Notes: a model not told the origin generated them from the sequence alone. Numbered from the stretch's first letter, positions 43,862 through 55,600 are shown. The stretch: DNA of 64,000 bases from Flavobacterium sp. (GCA_047636155.1 JBLIJW010000002.1:603-64602); one strand, 5' to 3'. Made by a program: numbers and translations.

Positions 43862-44301
43862 TTAAAATAAGTCCAGTTAACGCCATCACTTACTATGATA
43901 ATAGATTTCCCTTGAGCATTACCCGGCAAAATTAATGGTAAAGTAGTGGAAGTATTAGAAGATTTACTAAAAAAAGAACCACCCAATGAATACAATTGCG
44001 CATCTAATATATTAGAAAGGTTTCTGAAAATATAAATTCTACCCGGAACTAAAGACGCATTTGGCATTAAAAATTCTAGATTTCCGGAGTTTGGAGTTAA
44101 GGAGAAATAAACCGCTTGATCTGTTATTGGAGTAGCTGTTCCGCCTGGACCGCCATTTAAACTCATTGTTTTAACGGATAAACTTCCTGCAATATCCAAA
44201 GTACTTTTAGGATCGGTAGTATTTATTCCGATTTGCGATTATACAGAAACCGAAAATAAAAATATTATGATTATGGCTTTAAAAAGTAGTTTTTTCCGTA
44301 T
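43858..44301 (-). pseudogene. Degraded small secreted protein (IGINT..PKSTLDIAG type)
   Basis: In frame it reads I(ATA)RKKLLFKAIIIIFLFSVSV*SQIGINTTDPKSTLDIAGSLSVK; the start codon is probably lost and a TAA at 44239-44241 cuts the signal peptide. Confidence 0.75.
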
Positions 44302-44431
44302 TATATAATTTTTAACCCAAAATTATAGCAATTTAGTATAAATATAACTTTTTTATTTCGAAAATGATTTGTGAAAAGGTTTTCGTGTGGAAAAGAAATT
44401 TAGAAACGTGCTTATTTTCGTTTAAGTGCAT

Positions 44432-44463
44432 AAAAAAGCGACAAAATACATGTCGCTTTTTTT
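44432..44463. terminator. Terminator downstream of ssb
   Basis: AAAAAAGCGACA..TGTCGCTTTTTT. Confidence 0.85.
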
Positions 44464-44481
44464 GAATTATTTAGCTAAGGA

Positions 44482-44814
44482 CTATTTTCCTAAAAGCAAT
44501 ATTTCTGTTGCTACAATTTCAGTGACATATCTTTTTTCCCCATTTTTATCCTCATAATTTCTAGTGCTAAGTTTTCCTGTAATAGCCAACTCTTTCCCTT
44601 TAGTTACATATTTCTCAATAATTTCTGCGGTTTTGCCCCAAGCAGTAATTCTATGCCATTCGGTTTGCTCTACTTTATCTCCGTTTTCTTTGTAATAAAC
44701 ATCGTTGGTTGCTAACGATATATTAGCTAATTTTTTTCCACCTTCTAAGTTTTTTACTTCTGGTTCTTGACCTACATGTCCGATTAATTGTACTCTGTTT
44801 TTTAATGAATTCAT
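44482..44814 (-). CDS. ssb: Single-stranded DNA-binding protein (short form without acidic tail)
   Basis: NRVQLIGHVGQEP, TEWHRITAWGK, GKLSTRNYED, YVTEI. Confidence 0.95.
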   Translation of the reverse strand: MNSLKNRVQLIGHVGQEPEVKNLEGGKKLANISLATNDVYYKENGDKVEQTEWHRITAWGKTAEIIEKYVTKGKELAITGKLSTRNYEDKNGEKRYVTEIVATEILLLGK

Positions 44815-44998
44815 GGCGTTTAAATTTAAATTAAGGTTTATATTATATTGTTACTTGTCTTTAAAAACATTCGTTGTTTCCTTTTGACAATGCAAAGTTG
44901 TAACAAGCCACAAACTTTAATCGGTACATAACCATTTATGTTCGGTTGTAATTATTTGTAAGCGTTTGAAAACGTTTTTTATTATGACAATCAACAAA

Positions 44999-46789
44999 TT
45001 ACAAATAAAACATCGGGATAATAAAACTTGCAAGAATTAACAATATTATAGATAAAACACCTCCAATTATTAAAAAGTGTTTGAATTTATAAATTCCCAT
45101 TCCAAAAATAATAGCATTAGTTTGGTAACCCATTGGCGTATAAAAACTAAAATTGGCGCCAAACATTACAGCATATAATAATGGCTTGGGATCTAGTTTC
45201 ATTTTTAAAGCAACAGCAATTACAATTGGCGCAATTATTATAGCGGTAGCATTATTGGATATAAATCCGCTCATTATCATCGTAAATCCAAAAACAATAG
45301 AAATTATTACAGAAGTTGGAACCGATTTTAAAACTGCATATAAATTTTCTGCAATGAAATCATCTGTTCCTGTATTTTTCATAGCAATTCCTAACGGAAT
45401 CATTCCTGCCAACAAGAAAATTACTTGCCAGTTTATTCCTTTATAGGCATCTTTTAAATCGATACATCCAGAAAAAAGACAAAAGGCAACACCAATTAAA
45501 GAACTTTTTAAAATGCTAAATGTGTTGGTAGCAGATAAAATAATAACTAGCAAAATTGCGCCAAAGGAAAGCCACTTTTTATACGTTGGTATGTTCGCTG
45601 CTGTAAAAAAAGTATTAGCAAATAGCAAATTATCCGACTTTGCCAAGCGCTGAATTTCGGTTAAATTTCCGGTCAGTAAAACTCTATTGCCTGGTGTAAC
45701 AAATTTATTTTGGAAAAAACGATTTATAAAATTCGGATTTCTTATTTGTTTCTTATCATTCATTACGGCCTTTACAAAAATATTTTCTGGCAATTCATCA
45801 TCAAACTGTTCTACCGACATGTTTATAAATCGTGAATTTGGCAATATAATAACTTCGTGGTATTCGTTGGAATAGGTTTCGTCAACCGCATTTTGATCTA
45901 CACCTAAAATATTTAATCCTAATTCGTCTGCCTTAGCGGACAAATCTTCAATAGTAATATCCAACCAAAGTATGTCATTGGCTTGTAAAATTTCTTCTTT
46001 TAATTTGGATTTTAGATATTGGTTTTTTCTCTGAATTTTAATTAATCGAATGTCGTTTTCTTTCCAAATCTCTGTTTCATAAGGTGTTTTTCCAATCAAA
46101 ACCGAGTTTTCTCTAATTCGAACCGATGTAATATAAGATAGTTCTGAAAGAATTTTTTCTTCTTCTCCTGCAACATGAGTTCTCAAAAAACGTTTAGACA
46201 ATAAATAAATAATAGGAATTGCTACCAACATAAAAACTAATCCTGCGGCAGAAAATTCGAAAAAAGAAAATTTACCAACTCCACTTTTATTAGAAATTCC
46301 AGCAACAATTAAGTTTGTGCTTGTTCCCATTAAAGTACAGCTTCCACCCATAATTCCGGCAAACGATATGGGTAGCAATACTTTTTTCTTTTCTATTTTA
46401 CCTAGTTTATCTAACTCACTTATTAATTTAATAAATATAATTACAACTGCTGTAGTGGCAACGAACGAAGAAAAAATTCCGACGCAAAGCATTAGTAATG
46501 GAATAAATATAAATTGCGGCCATTTAATTATCGGTATTATTTGAGATGCCATCCAACTTACAACGCCATTTTTTTCGAGTCCGATGGCAATAATCATCAA
46601 ACACATTATCGTTAAAACTGAATTGTCTGAAAAGCCCGAGACCGATTCTTCTGGAGTTACAACACCAAAGATTAGTAAAGAAATTAAAATGAAAAAAGCA
46701 GTTTTATCTACGGTAAACTTCTCGGTTACAAATAGCAAAAAAGCGCCAAATAAAATTGCTATTACAATTAGTATAGGAGTTGTAACCAT
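44999..46789 (-). CDS. SLC13/CitM-family permease with TrkA-C (RCK_C) domains
   Basis: GGSCTLMGTSTNL, central soluble RCK_C region, FYTPMGYQTN. Confidence 0.92.
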   Translation of the reverse strand: MVTTPILIVIAILFGAFLLFVTEKFTVDKTAFFILISLLIFGVVTPEESVSGFSDNSVLTIMCLMIIAIGLEKNGVVSWMASQIIPIIKWPQFIFIPLLMLCVGIFSSFVATTAVVIIFIKLISELDKLGKIEKKKVLLPISFAGIMGGSCTLMGTSTNLIVAGISNKSGVGKFSFFEFSAAGLVFMLVAIPIIYLLSKRFLRTHVAGEEEKILSELSYITSVRIRENSVLIGKTPYETEIWKENDIRLIKIQRKNQYLKSKLKEEILQANDILWLDITIEDLSAKADELGLNILGVDQNAVDETYSNEYHEVIILPNSRFINMSVEQFDDELPENIFVKAVMNDKKQIRNPNFINRFFQNKFVTPGNRVLLTGNLTEIQRLAKSDNLLFANTFFTAANIPTYKKWLSFGAILLVIILSATNTFSILKSSLIGVAFCLFSGCIDLKDAYKGINWQVIFLLAGMIPLGIAMKNTGTDDFIAENLYAVLKSVPTSVIISIVFGFTMIMSGFISNNATAIIIAPIVIAVALKMKLDPKPLLYAVMFGANFSFYTPMGYQTNAIIFGMGIYKFKHFLIIGGVLSIILLILASFIIPMFYL

Positions 46790-46944
46790 AGTTTTTAGAA
46801 TTTTAAGAGATTAAAAGTGCTGTTACTATTTTCTTTCAATTTACAATATTCAGGAATTAGATTACAGAATAATTGTAAGTATTTGAAGTCAAATCTCAAA
46901 TTCCCTCAAATAATTTAATATATTTGATACTAAATTAGCTAATT

Positions 46945-47298
46945 ATGACTAAAAATTGCTTGGATTGCGGCGACAAGTTAGTTGGCAGAGAAGATAAGAA
47001 ATTTTGTAGTGATAGTTGCAGAAATGCCTACAATAATAAAATCAATAAAGACAGTACAAATTACATGCGCAATATTAACAATAAGTTGCGCAAAAATTAT
47101 AGAATTTTATCTGATCTTAATCCAGAAGGAAAAAACAAAACCACTCGAACCAAGTTGTTAAGTAAAGGTTTCGATTTTGAATTTATAACCTCTGTTCTAC
47201 ACACAAAAACCGGTAATACTTATTTTTTTATTTATGATTACGGCTATATGCAGTTAGAAAAAGAGTATTATATGTTGGTGAAAAAGAGTTTTGATTAA
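46945..47298 (+). CDS. Conserved hypothetical protein with an N-terminal 4-Cys zinc finger
   Basis: CLDC-x10-CSDSCRNAYNN; TATATTTG -7 element at 46919. Confidence 0.85.
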   Translation: MTKNCLDCGDKLVGREDKKFCSDSCRNAYNNKINKDSTNYMRNINNKLRKNYRILSDLNPEGKNKTTRTKLLSKGFDFEFITSVLHTKTGNTYFFIYDYGYMQLEKEYYMLVKKSFD

Positions 47299-47343
47299 AA
47301 TAACAGAAAATTGTCAAATCTGTTTTATGATAAAAATAAAAGC

Positions 47344-49752
47344 ATGAAAAAAAACTTTGCATCTTTAAATTCGTTGCTGTTTATCGTATTCGCAATAGCC
47401 TTAGTATTTATTTTTTTGCAGCCGCAACGTTATGATACAACTACAGAAGCACCATTGTCTAAATTTTCTACGCAACGCGCTTTACAAAAAATTAAAATAA
47501 TAAGCGAAAAACCGCATTACGTTGGCTCAAAAAACCACGATAAAGTTGCTAATTATTTAATTAAAGAATTAACCAATTTAGGATTGCAACCTATAATTCA
47601 AGAAGGTTTTACACTTACAGAAAGGGGAAATTTAGCGAAGTCAAAAAACATATACGCAACTATAAAAGGAAGCAAAAATACTAAGTCGTTATTGCTTCTT
47701 TCTCATTACGATTCGGCACCACATTCTTTCTCAAAAGGCGCAAGCGATAATGCAAGCGGAGTTGCGACAGTTCTAGAAACTGTTCGTGCCTTTATGCATT
47801 CTAAAACAAACAAAAGTAAAAATGATATTGTTATTTTATTTACCGATGCAGAAGAATTAGGTTTAAATGGTGCGGCGCTTTTTGCAACAAAAAATAAGTT
47901 AGCAGACAATATTGGTTTGGCTTTAAATTTTGAAGCACGCGGAACTTCTGGACCAAGTTACATGTTGATGGAAACTACCAACGGAAATTCAAAAATGGTA
48001 GATGCATTTTCGAAAGCAAAAGTAAAGTATCCGGTTTCCAATTCGTTGATGTACAGCATTTATAAAATGCTTCCGAACGATACCGATTTAACTGTTTTAA
48101 GAGAACAAAAAAATATTCAAGGATTTAACTTTGCTTTTATAGACGGTCATTTTAATTACCATACTTCGCAAGATAATTATCAAAATGTAAATCCTAATTC
48201 TGTTGCACATCAAGGAAGTTATCTCGTTCCTTTATTAGACTACTTTTCTGATGCCGATTTAAAATCTTTAAAATCTAAAGAAGATAAGGTATATTTTAGT
48301 CTTCCTTTTCTGTATTTAAGTCATTCTAACCAATGGATTTTGCCGGTTTTATTAATTTCTCTTGGATTGTTTTTTCTATTTATTTTTATCGGATTAGGAA
48401 AACAAATCATACAGTCAAGAACTGTTTTTATCGGATTTGGGAAATTATTTCTTGCAATTTTACTTTGTGGTGGAATTACCTTTTTCGGATGGAAGATAAT
48501 TTTAGCGATTTATCCACAATATGCTGAAATACAACAAGGATTTCCTTACAATGGCCATTTTTATATCTATGCTTTTTTGAGTTTATCCGTAGCAATTTGT
48601 TTTTTAGTTTTTGGATCAAAAGAAAAAAGAAATCCAGAAATGAGTTTAACTATCGCGCCAATTTCTATCTGGTTTTTAATAAATACTGTAATGGCTATTA
48701 AATTAGAAGGTGCAAGCTTTTTAATAATTCCTGTGATTTTTTCCGTTATAATGTTGGCAGTATTTGTACTGACACAAAAAAAGTTTTGGTTTTTAAATTG
48801 CTTATTAAGTTTGCCTGCAATTTTATTAATTGTTCCTTTAATTCAAATGTTTCCGGTTGGTTTGGGATTAAAAATTCTTTTCGGAAGTACTATTTTGGTA
48901 GCATTAACCTTTGCATTGCTGTTGCCAATTTTTGGAGGGTTTCTGCAAAAAAAATTATGTTCTTTACTTTTTGTTCTAATTAGCATAGGGTTCTTTATTG
49001 CCGCTCATTTAAACTCAGAATACACAACCAACCAAGCAAAACCAAATAGTTTACTTTATTCTTATAATACCGATACAAAAAAAGCTTTTTGGTTAAGCTA
49101 CGACCAAAATCCAGATGCATTTACCAAAACCTATTTGGGAGAAAATCCGCAAGATGCTTCAGTTTTAAACAATATGCCTTTATTTAGTAAATATAATTCG
49201 CAGTTTACATTAATGGCAAAAGCACCAATTAAGAATATTGCTTCACCAACAGTAGTTTTTTCTAAAGATAGTATTTCTGGTAACCAACGTTATTTAAAAA
49301 TTACCATTATGCCAAACAGAAAAGTAAACCGATACGATATTTTTGCATCTTTAAAAATGGGAATTTTTAATTTTAAAGCAAATGGTGTGCAAAACATCAA
49401 TCAAAAAAGTGTCGAATTGTCTCGAAACGGTCAAAAAATTCTGAGTTACTATGTCGTAAATAATGAACCTTTAATTTTAGAATTTTCCATTCCGAAATCG
49501 CAAAAATTAGATTTAAGGTTATTAGAAAGTTCGTTTGATTTGTTTAGTAATCCAAATTTTAATTTACCTCAAAGAAGTCCTAAATTTATACCTGCTCCAT
49601 TCGTTTTAACTGATGCAGTTTGTATTATTCAAAAAATAAAACCAACGAAATTAGTAGTTGATAAAGAAACCGCAGACAATACTGATTTGCCTTTAAACAA
49701 AAGAAATATGGTTCCGAATGTATTTGCAATTGACACTTTAAAAAATGAATAA
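47344..49752 (+). CDS. Membrane-anchored M28 metallopeptidase
   Basis: HYDS, GASDNASG, DAEELGL, EARG and YHT motifs, followed by about 8 TM helices and a soluble C-terminal domain. Confidence 0.93.
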   Translation: MKKNFASLNSLLFIVFAIALVFIFLQPQRYDTTTEAPLSKFSTQRALQKIKIISEKPHYVGSKNHDKVANYLIKELTNLGLQPIIQEGFTLTERGNLAKSKNIYATIKGSKNTKSLLLLSHYDSAPHSFSKGASDNASGVATVLETVRAFMHSKTNKSKNDIVILFTDAEELGLNGAALFATKNKLADNIGLALNFEARGTSGPSYMLMETTNGNSKMVDAFSKAKVKYPVSNSLMYSIYKMLPNDTDLTVLREQKNIQGFNFAFIDGHFNYHTSQDNYQNVNPNSVAHQGSYLVPLLDYFSDADLKSLKSKEDKVYFSLPFLYLSHSNQWILPVLLISLGLFFLFIFIGLGKQIIQSRTVFIGFGKLFLAILLCGGITFFGWKIILAIYPQYAEIQQGFPYNGHFYIYAFLSLSVAICFLVFGSKEKRNPEMSLTIAPISIWFLINTVMAIKLEGASFLIIPVIFSVIMLAVFVLTQKKFWFLNCLLSLPAILLIVPLIQMFPVGLGLKILFGSTILVALTFALLLPIFGGFLQKKLCSLLFVLISIGFFIAAHLNSEYTTNQAKPNSLLYSYNTDTKKAFWLSYDQNPDAFTKTYLGENPQDASVLNNMPLFSKYNSQFTLMAKAPIKNIASPTVVFSKDSISGNQRYLKITIMPNRKVNRYDIFASLKMGIFNFKANGVQNINQKSVELSRNGQKILSYYVVNNEPLILEFSIPKSQKLDLRLLESSFDLFSNPNFNLPQRSPKFIPAPFVLTDAVCIIQKIKPTKLVVDKETADNTDLPLNKRNMVPNVFAIDTLKNE

Positions 49753-50572
49753 TTTAAGCGGAAGTATTTTAGGCTGTGGTTGGCTGGGATTACCATTAGC
49801 GAAAAAATTGGTTGCAGATGGTTTTAAAATCAAGGCATCAAAAACTAATTCTCAAGATTTTGATAGTTTAAAAAGTTTCGGGATTTCACCTTTTGTAATA
49901 GAATTAACTCCGGAAAAATCAGTTGGCAATTTCGAGTCTTTTTTAAAAGAAGCCTCTTTCTTAATTATTGATATTCCGCCAGGATTGCGCAATATAACAA
50001 ACGATACGGATTCTTTTATAAACAAAATAAAACATTGCATTCCGTTTATTGAAGCATCTTCTGTAAAACAAGTGGTGTTTATAAGTTCAACTTCTGTTTA
50101 TAGAGATTCTGAAAACTATCTTGAAAACACAACAGAAAATACTGCTGTGAATCCTGATAGTGAAAGCGGAAGACAATTAGTACTTGTTGAAAAATTACTG
50201 TTAGAAAACCTCAATTTTAAAACTACTATTCTCCGTTTTGGTGGCTTAATCGGACCAAACAGAAATCCGATTAAATATTTGGCTGGAAAGAAAAACGTTG
50301 CCAATCCTTATGCGCCAATAAATTTTATACATCAAGAAGATTGTATTGAAATTATTCGGAAAATGGTTTCAAATAGCCCGTCAGAAAATCGTATTTTTAA
50401 TGCCGTTGCTCCTTTTCATCCTACAAGAAAAAACTACTATAAAGAAAAGGCAAAAGAAGAAAATTTAGAAATTCCGGAATTTGATACTGTAAAAAAATCC
50501 ATAGGGAAAAAAATTAGTAGCCAAAAGCTTCAATCCAATTTAGACTATACTTTTATGCATTCTTCACTTTGA
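49745..50572 (+). CDS. NAD(P)-binding atypical SDR (YeeZ-like)
   Basis: ILGCGWLG, FISSTSVY, LRFGGLIG, NFIHQEDC. Confidence 0.9.
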   Translation: MNNLSGSILGCGWLGLPLAKKLVADGFKIKASKTNSQDFDSLKSFGISPFVIELTPEKSVGNFESFLKEASFLIIDIPPGLRNITNDTDSFINKIKHCIPFIEASSVKQVVFISSTSVYRDSENYLENTTENTAVNPDSESGRQLVLVEKLLLENLNFKTTILRFGGLIGPNRNPIKYLAGKKNVANPYAPINFIHQEDCIEIIRKMVSNSPSENRIFNAVAPFHPTRKNYYKEKAKEENLEIPEFDTVKKSIGKKISSQKLQSNLDYTFMHSSL

Positions 50573-50580
50573 AATTTTAC

Positions 50581-50612
50581 AAAAAAAAGCCCAAAATTAA
50601 TTGAGCTTTTTT
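50581..50612. terminator. Bidirectional terminator
   Basis: AAAAAAAGCCCAA..TTGAGCTTTTTT. Confidence 0.7.
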
Positions 50613-50630
50613 ATCTAAGAAATTAAATTC

Positions 50631-52682
50631 TTACCAAATTTTTACTCTTTTATCTGGCATAACAAACATGCCATCGCCTTGTTTAATATCAAATGCTTTG
50701 TAAAATGTATCCAAGTTTAATAATGGTACATAAGCACGATACATTCCTGGTGAATGTGGATCTGTTTTTACTTGATTTTTCAACGCTTCGTCACGCATTT
50801 TGCTTCTCCAAATAGTTGCCCAAGAAATAAATAATCTTTGTTCTGGTGTGAAACCATCAATTAAACCTGGTTTTCCGTTTTTCTGTAAATGCAATTGTAA
50901 TCCGTCGTAAGCCGCATTAATTCCGCCTAAATCTCCAATATTTTCTCCTAAAGTAAATTTACCATCTACGTGAATTCCTGGCAATGGTTCTAAAGCAGAA
51001 TATTGATCTGCCAAAGCGCCGCCCAAGTCTTTAAATTTAGATAAATCTTCGCTTGTCCACCAATCAATTAAGTTTCCGTCTGCATCATACGTTGCTCCAG
51101 AATCATCAAATCCGTGAGAGATTTCGTGTCCAATTACTGCTCCAATTCCGCCATAGTTAACCGCTTCATCTGCTTTGTAATCGTAAAATGGCGCTTGTAA
51201 AATAGCTGCAGGAAATACAATTTCGTTATACGAAGGATTATAATATGCGTTTACTGTTTGTGGTGACATTCCCCAAGTTGTTTTATCTACTGGTTTTTTA
51301 AGATCTTCTAAATCTTTGTCATGACTCCATTTCGAAAGACTTTTTGCATTGTCAAAATAAGTTCCGCCTTCTTCTGGACTTTTTAATGTAAGTGCTGAAT
51401 AGTCTTTCCATTTATCTGGATATCCTATTTTAACTGTAATTTTATCTAACTTTTCTACCGCTTTGATTTTAGTTTCTGGCGACATCCAAGTTAAATTATT
51501 TATTCTGTTTTCGTAAGCGGCAATTACATTTTTAATCATTGCTTCTGCTTTTTCTTTTGCTTCTGCAGGAAATTTTTTCTCTACATACAATTTACCCAAA
51601 GCTTCTCCAACGGTTCCATTAACAACTTGCAATGCCTTTTCGTTTCTTGGACGTTGCTTTACAGCACCAGTTAAGGTTTTGCCATAAAACTCCCAGTTTG
51701 CAGTTTCAATATCTGTTGTAAGTTGGCTTGAAGCTGAACGCAAAAGATTCCAACGCATATAGGCTTTCCAATCTTCTGGCGTTGACTCGCTTAATACTGT
51801 ATTTAGCGCAGTAAAATATCTTGGTTGTGTAACAATTATAGTATTTACATCTTTCATTCCTGTTTGGCTTAAAAAAGCACTCCAGTTTACAAATGGTGTC
51901 ATTTTTTGAAGCTCAGAAATAGATGTTGGATTGTATTGTATTTTACTATCCCGACGTTCTACTCTATCTAACCTTGGTTTAGACATTGCAATTTCTAAAT
52001 TTAGAATTCTATTTGCATCGTTCATTGCCATTTCTGGACTTTCACCTAAAAACTGTAGCATTCTTGCTACGTGTAGTTTGTATTTCTCTCTTTTTTCTTT
52101 AGAATCTTTATCGTCAGAATTGTAGTAATCCTTATCTGGTAAACCTAAGCTTCCCGGATATAAACTTACTGCATTTACATTACTATTTTTTTCGTCGGCA
52201 CCAACTCCAATACCTATAAATCCTATTCCGCCAATTGGTTCCATATCTGCCAATAATTTTTGTAACTCTTTTAAATTGGTTACAGCATTTATTTTTGCTA
52301 GATAGGGTTTTAAAGGATTAATTCCTTGCTTGTTTCTTCCAACAGTATCCATTACCGCTTTATACATGCTAATGGCTTTTCCTTGATCTGTTTTAGAATT
52401 GTATTTAGGGTTTTTAATTGCATCTGCCAAAATTTCAAGAGCATCTTTGTCTGTATTTTGGCGTAGTTCATCAAAACTTCCCCAACGGGTTTTGTCTGCA
52501 GGAATTTGTGTGTTTTTGTTCCAAGTTCCGTTTACGAAATTAAAAAAATCATCTTGCGGACGAACCGATTTATCCATCAAGTCTAAATTGATTCCTGGGT
52601 TTTTTTGTTGCGCATTCAAAGATGTAAGCGAAAATAACCCTAAGGCTACTAATCCTAATCTGTACGTTTTAATATTATTCAT
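50631..52682 (-). CDS. M13 family metallo-endopeptidase (PepO/neprilysin-like)
   Basis: PQDDFF, VNAYY, HEISH, GENIGD, DPHSP. Confidence 0.97.
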   Translation of the reverse strand: MNNIKTYRLGLVALGLFSLTSLNAQQKNPGINLDLMDKSVRPQDDFFNFVNGTWNKNTQIPADKTRWGSFDELRQNTDKDALEILADAIKNPKYNSKTDQGKAISMYKAVMDTVGRNKQGINPLKPYLAKINAVTNLKELQKLLADMEPIGGIGFIGIGVGADEKNSNVNAVSLYPGSLGLPDKDYYNSDDKDSKEKREKYKLHVARMLQFLGESPEMAMNDANRILNLEIAMSKPRLDRVERRDSKIQYNPTSISELQKMTPFVNWSAFLSQTGMKDVNTIIVTQPRYFTALNTVLSESTPEDWKAYMRWNLLRSASSQLTTDIETANWEFYGKTLTGAVKQRPRNEKALQVVNGTVGEALGKLYVEKKFPAEAKEKAEAMIKNVIAAYENRINNLTWMSPETKIKAVEKLDKITVKIGYPDKWKDYSALTLKSPEEGGTYFDNAKSLSKWSHDKDLEDLKKPVDKTTWGMSPQTVNAYYNPSYNEIVFPAAILQAPFYDYKADEAVNYGGIGAVIGHEISHGFDDSGATYDADGNLIDWWTSEDLSKFKDLGGALADQYSALEPLPGIHVDGKFTLGENIGDLGGINAAYDGLQLHLQKNGKPGLIDGFTPEQRLFISWATIWRSKMRDEALKNQVKTDPHSPGMYRAYVPLLNLDTFYKAFDIKQGDGMFVMPDKRVKIW

Positions 52683-52687
52683 TTATT

Positions 52688-55600
52688 TTAATTTTTAAGT
52701 ATTCTTTTGGTTATAATGTTAGTCTCTGATTTTATTTTTACAAAATACATTCCAGTTGCAACATCGTTCAAATTAATTTCTATTTGCGAATTACCATAAA
52801 TCAAACTGTTAGATGGTTTGATTTTTTTTCCAGAAATATCATAAATTTCAACTAAATCTATTGAAGTATTTCTGGTAGAAACGGTAAACATACCTTTTGT
52901 TGGATTAGGAAAAACTGCTATAGTATTTTCTTCAAAACTAGTATTAGATAAAGACGTACCAGAAATAACAAAATTATCTACTATTGCGCCTTCTTGATTT
53001 GCAGATTCATCCGATTGGAAAACAATTCTAAAAATAATATTGCTTTCTTGATTTAAAGAAGATAGAGAATAAAAATAATCTTTAGCAGCAAAATCTGTTC
53101 CTGTCCATTGTGAACCAACGCAATTGTTACAGTCATTTCCTGTTGTGTTAGGCGTTCGATTACTGTTATACCAGTTAGCAGTTGGCACACCTAAAACTTG
53201 CCAAGATTGTCCGAAATTAGTAGAATATTCTACATAAATAATATCCCAATTTAGCTCTAAATCAAAAGCCATTTTGAAACGAATTTCTGGATTGGATATT
53301 GTGGTTAAGTTATAACATTGAGATACTAAATACGATTTTTTTAAGTCGGCATAATTTCCTGCTAATGAAGGCGTGAACACGTTATTTGTGCCCGAATTTA
53401 AACTTCCCGTAGTTCTAATTCCACGTTGCCAAGTAGAAGACGCGCTACCTTCATCATAAGACAATAAAGCATCTGTAGGATTTTCAAAGGTATTGACCAC
53501 ATTTACAGTTCCGCTATCATTTAAATAAAAATCTGTCGAACCCAAATTATTATCGCTATAAGCATCATTTGGAGTTATTGCAGAAACAATCAATTTATAA
53601 ACTCCTTTTGGTAGCGTTAGTGTTGGTAAATCAATTATTTGCGTTTGTGCTGGTGCAATGTTTCCGTTAAAGGTAAAATTATTTGCTGTTCCGTTTACAG
53701 TGTAAGTAATATTTACTTGACTTACCGAGTTTAAACCACTGTTTTTTACAGAAACTTGGGGAATTACGCTATTAGAACAATTTACATTAACACTAGTAGG
53801 ATTTGTAATTGCAATTAATTTTACATCTGTATTAGGAACTTGTAACGGAATGGAGGTAATCCAAATTCCGCGTCCATAAGTAGCAGCAACTAACTTTTCG
53901 TCTTCCAGATTTATTTCTAAATCGGTTACAGAAACGTTTGGTAAATTGGTGTCAAAAGCTTCCCATTGCGCCATACTATCATCTCTATAAAAAACACCTA
54001 AACTTGTTCCTAAATATAAAGGATTGTTAGAATTTCTTGCTTGATGGATAATAATATTCTTCCCAATATTTGGCAATCCTTCAGAAAAAGAAGTAAACGT
54101 TGTACCGCCATTATCTGATTTTAGGGCCAAACCGAATGTTCCAGACGTGGTTAAATAAATCTTAGAGCTATCTGTAGAATGTACTGCAATAGAAGTAATG
54201 TTAGAAGATGCATTAAAAGAATTAACAAAAGTTAAACCGCCGTCAATACTTTTATAAAGGGCACTATTATTTGCAACATAAATAATATTATCATTATTTT
54301 TATCGATAGTTATTAATTCCAAATTTCCTGTACCTAATGGTGTTGTATTTTGTAGCGTCCATATATTATTGACTAATTTGTAAACATTGTTATAACCTGC
54401 ATACAAAACTCCTTGTGAATTAGAAACCAATGGCGTAACCCAGTTTCCAGAAATTCCGTTTGGCGAACTAATCCCATTTGCTAAAGAATTTCCTGCATTT
54501 GTACTAACATAAAGCGACGTTCCGTTTTGGATAAAACCATAGTATAAATTACTGTTGTTTGGATCAATTGCTGTATCCATTCCGTCTGCACCATAATAAT
54601 TTTTCCATTGCGAATTGCTGTAAGCATGACCACCATTATCTTGCAAACCACCTACCATTTTATAAGCTGATTGTTTGGAAACTGCAATTTTATAAAATTG
54701 ACTAATTTGTGCCGAAGCAGTAATGTCTGTAAATGAATTGGCATTATTATCTGAAACATAAACACCACCATCTGAACCGCAATAGAGTTTAGAACCAAAG
54801 AATTTTAAATAATGTATGTCGGCATGTGTGTACTTTGCATTAAATGGTTGGTTCCAATTATTTACTTTAGTTGCAGATGTACCACCATTAACAGATTTCC
54901 AAACATTTAAACAACCCGTATACAATTCTTCGGCATTAGTTGGAGAAACAGCTAATGCCAAATCATACCAAGCTTGTGTAGAACCATCAAATACATCTGT
55001 AGTCATAAATGTTTTGGTAAAACTTGCACCACCATCTACAGATTTGTAAATTCCTTGAAATGTTCTGTTAGTTCTTGCAGATAAAATATAAACGTAATCT
55101 GGGTTTGCTGCAGTTACATCTAGCAATAATCTTGCAGATGCAGTTGGTAAACCCGATAGTCCTATTATAAAAGAAGTTCCAGCATCTATAGACTTATAAA
55201 AACGGTTGTTAGAAACTGCATAAATAGTATTGAAATCATTTGGTTTAAGACGAATTCGACCTTGCGCAAAATTTCCAGAAATCGAAAGTTGCCAAGTTGC
55301 ACCGGCATCTGTAGTTTTATAAATCCCGTCAGAAGTAGCAACCCATAACATATTTGCATCGTTAGGATTTATTAAAATATCTCCAGATCTTTTGGTTGTT
55401 GTTGTAAAGGTTAAGCCAGTTGTTTGCCAACTTGCGCCGCCATCAATAGATTTTAAAACTCCAATAGAATAGGTATCATTTGCATCTGCATCACCAGTAG
55501 CAATATATATTGTGTTACTATTTGTTGGACTAACTGCAATACCAGAAACGCCAATTTGCGGCAGATTATCTGCTAAAGGAATCCAATTTTGTCCCGCAGT

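Noticed and set aside
34697-44241. Stop-codon recoding: in-frame TAA at apparent Tyr positions (34829, 37162, 44239) plus one TAG
   Set aside because: Core genes (glmS, atpD, atpC, feoB) end at TAA exactly at their conserved C-termini, and two of the affected genes also have frameshifts or a lost start. Ordinary nonsense mutation is the simpler explanation.
44956-46887. Shared 15-mer TTGTAAGnnTTTGAA near ssb (44956) and the zinc-finger gene (46873)
   Set aside because: A 13/15 match between two AT-rich spacers is roughly what chance gives; it needs cross-species footprinting before it counts.
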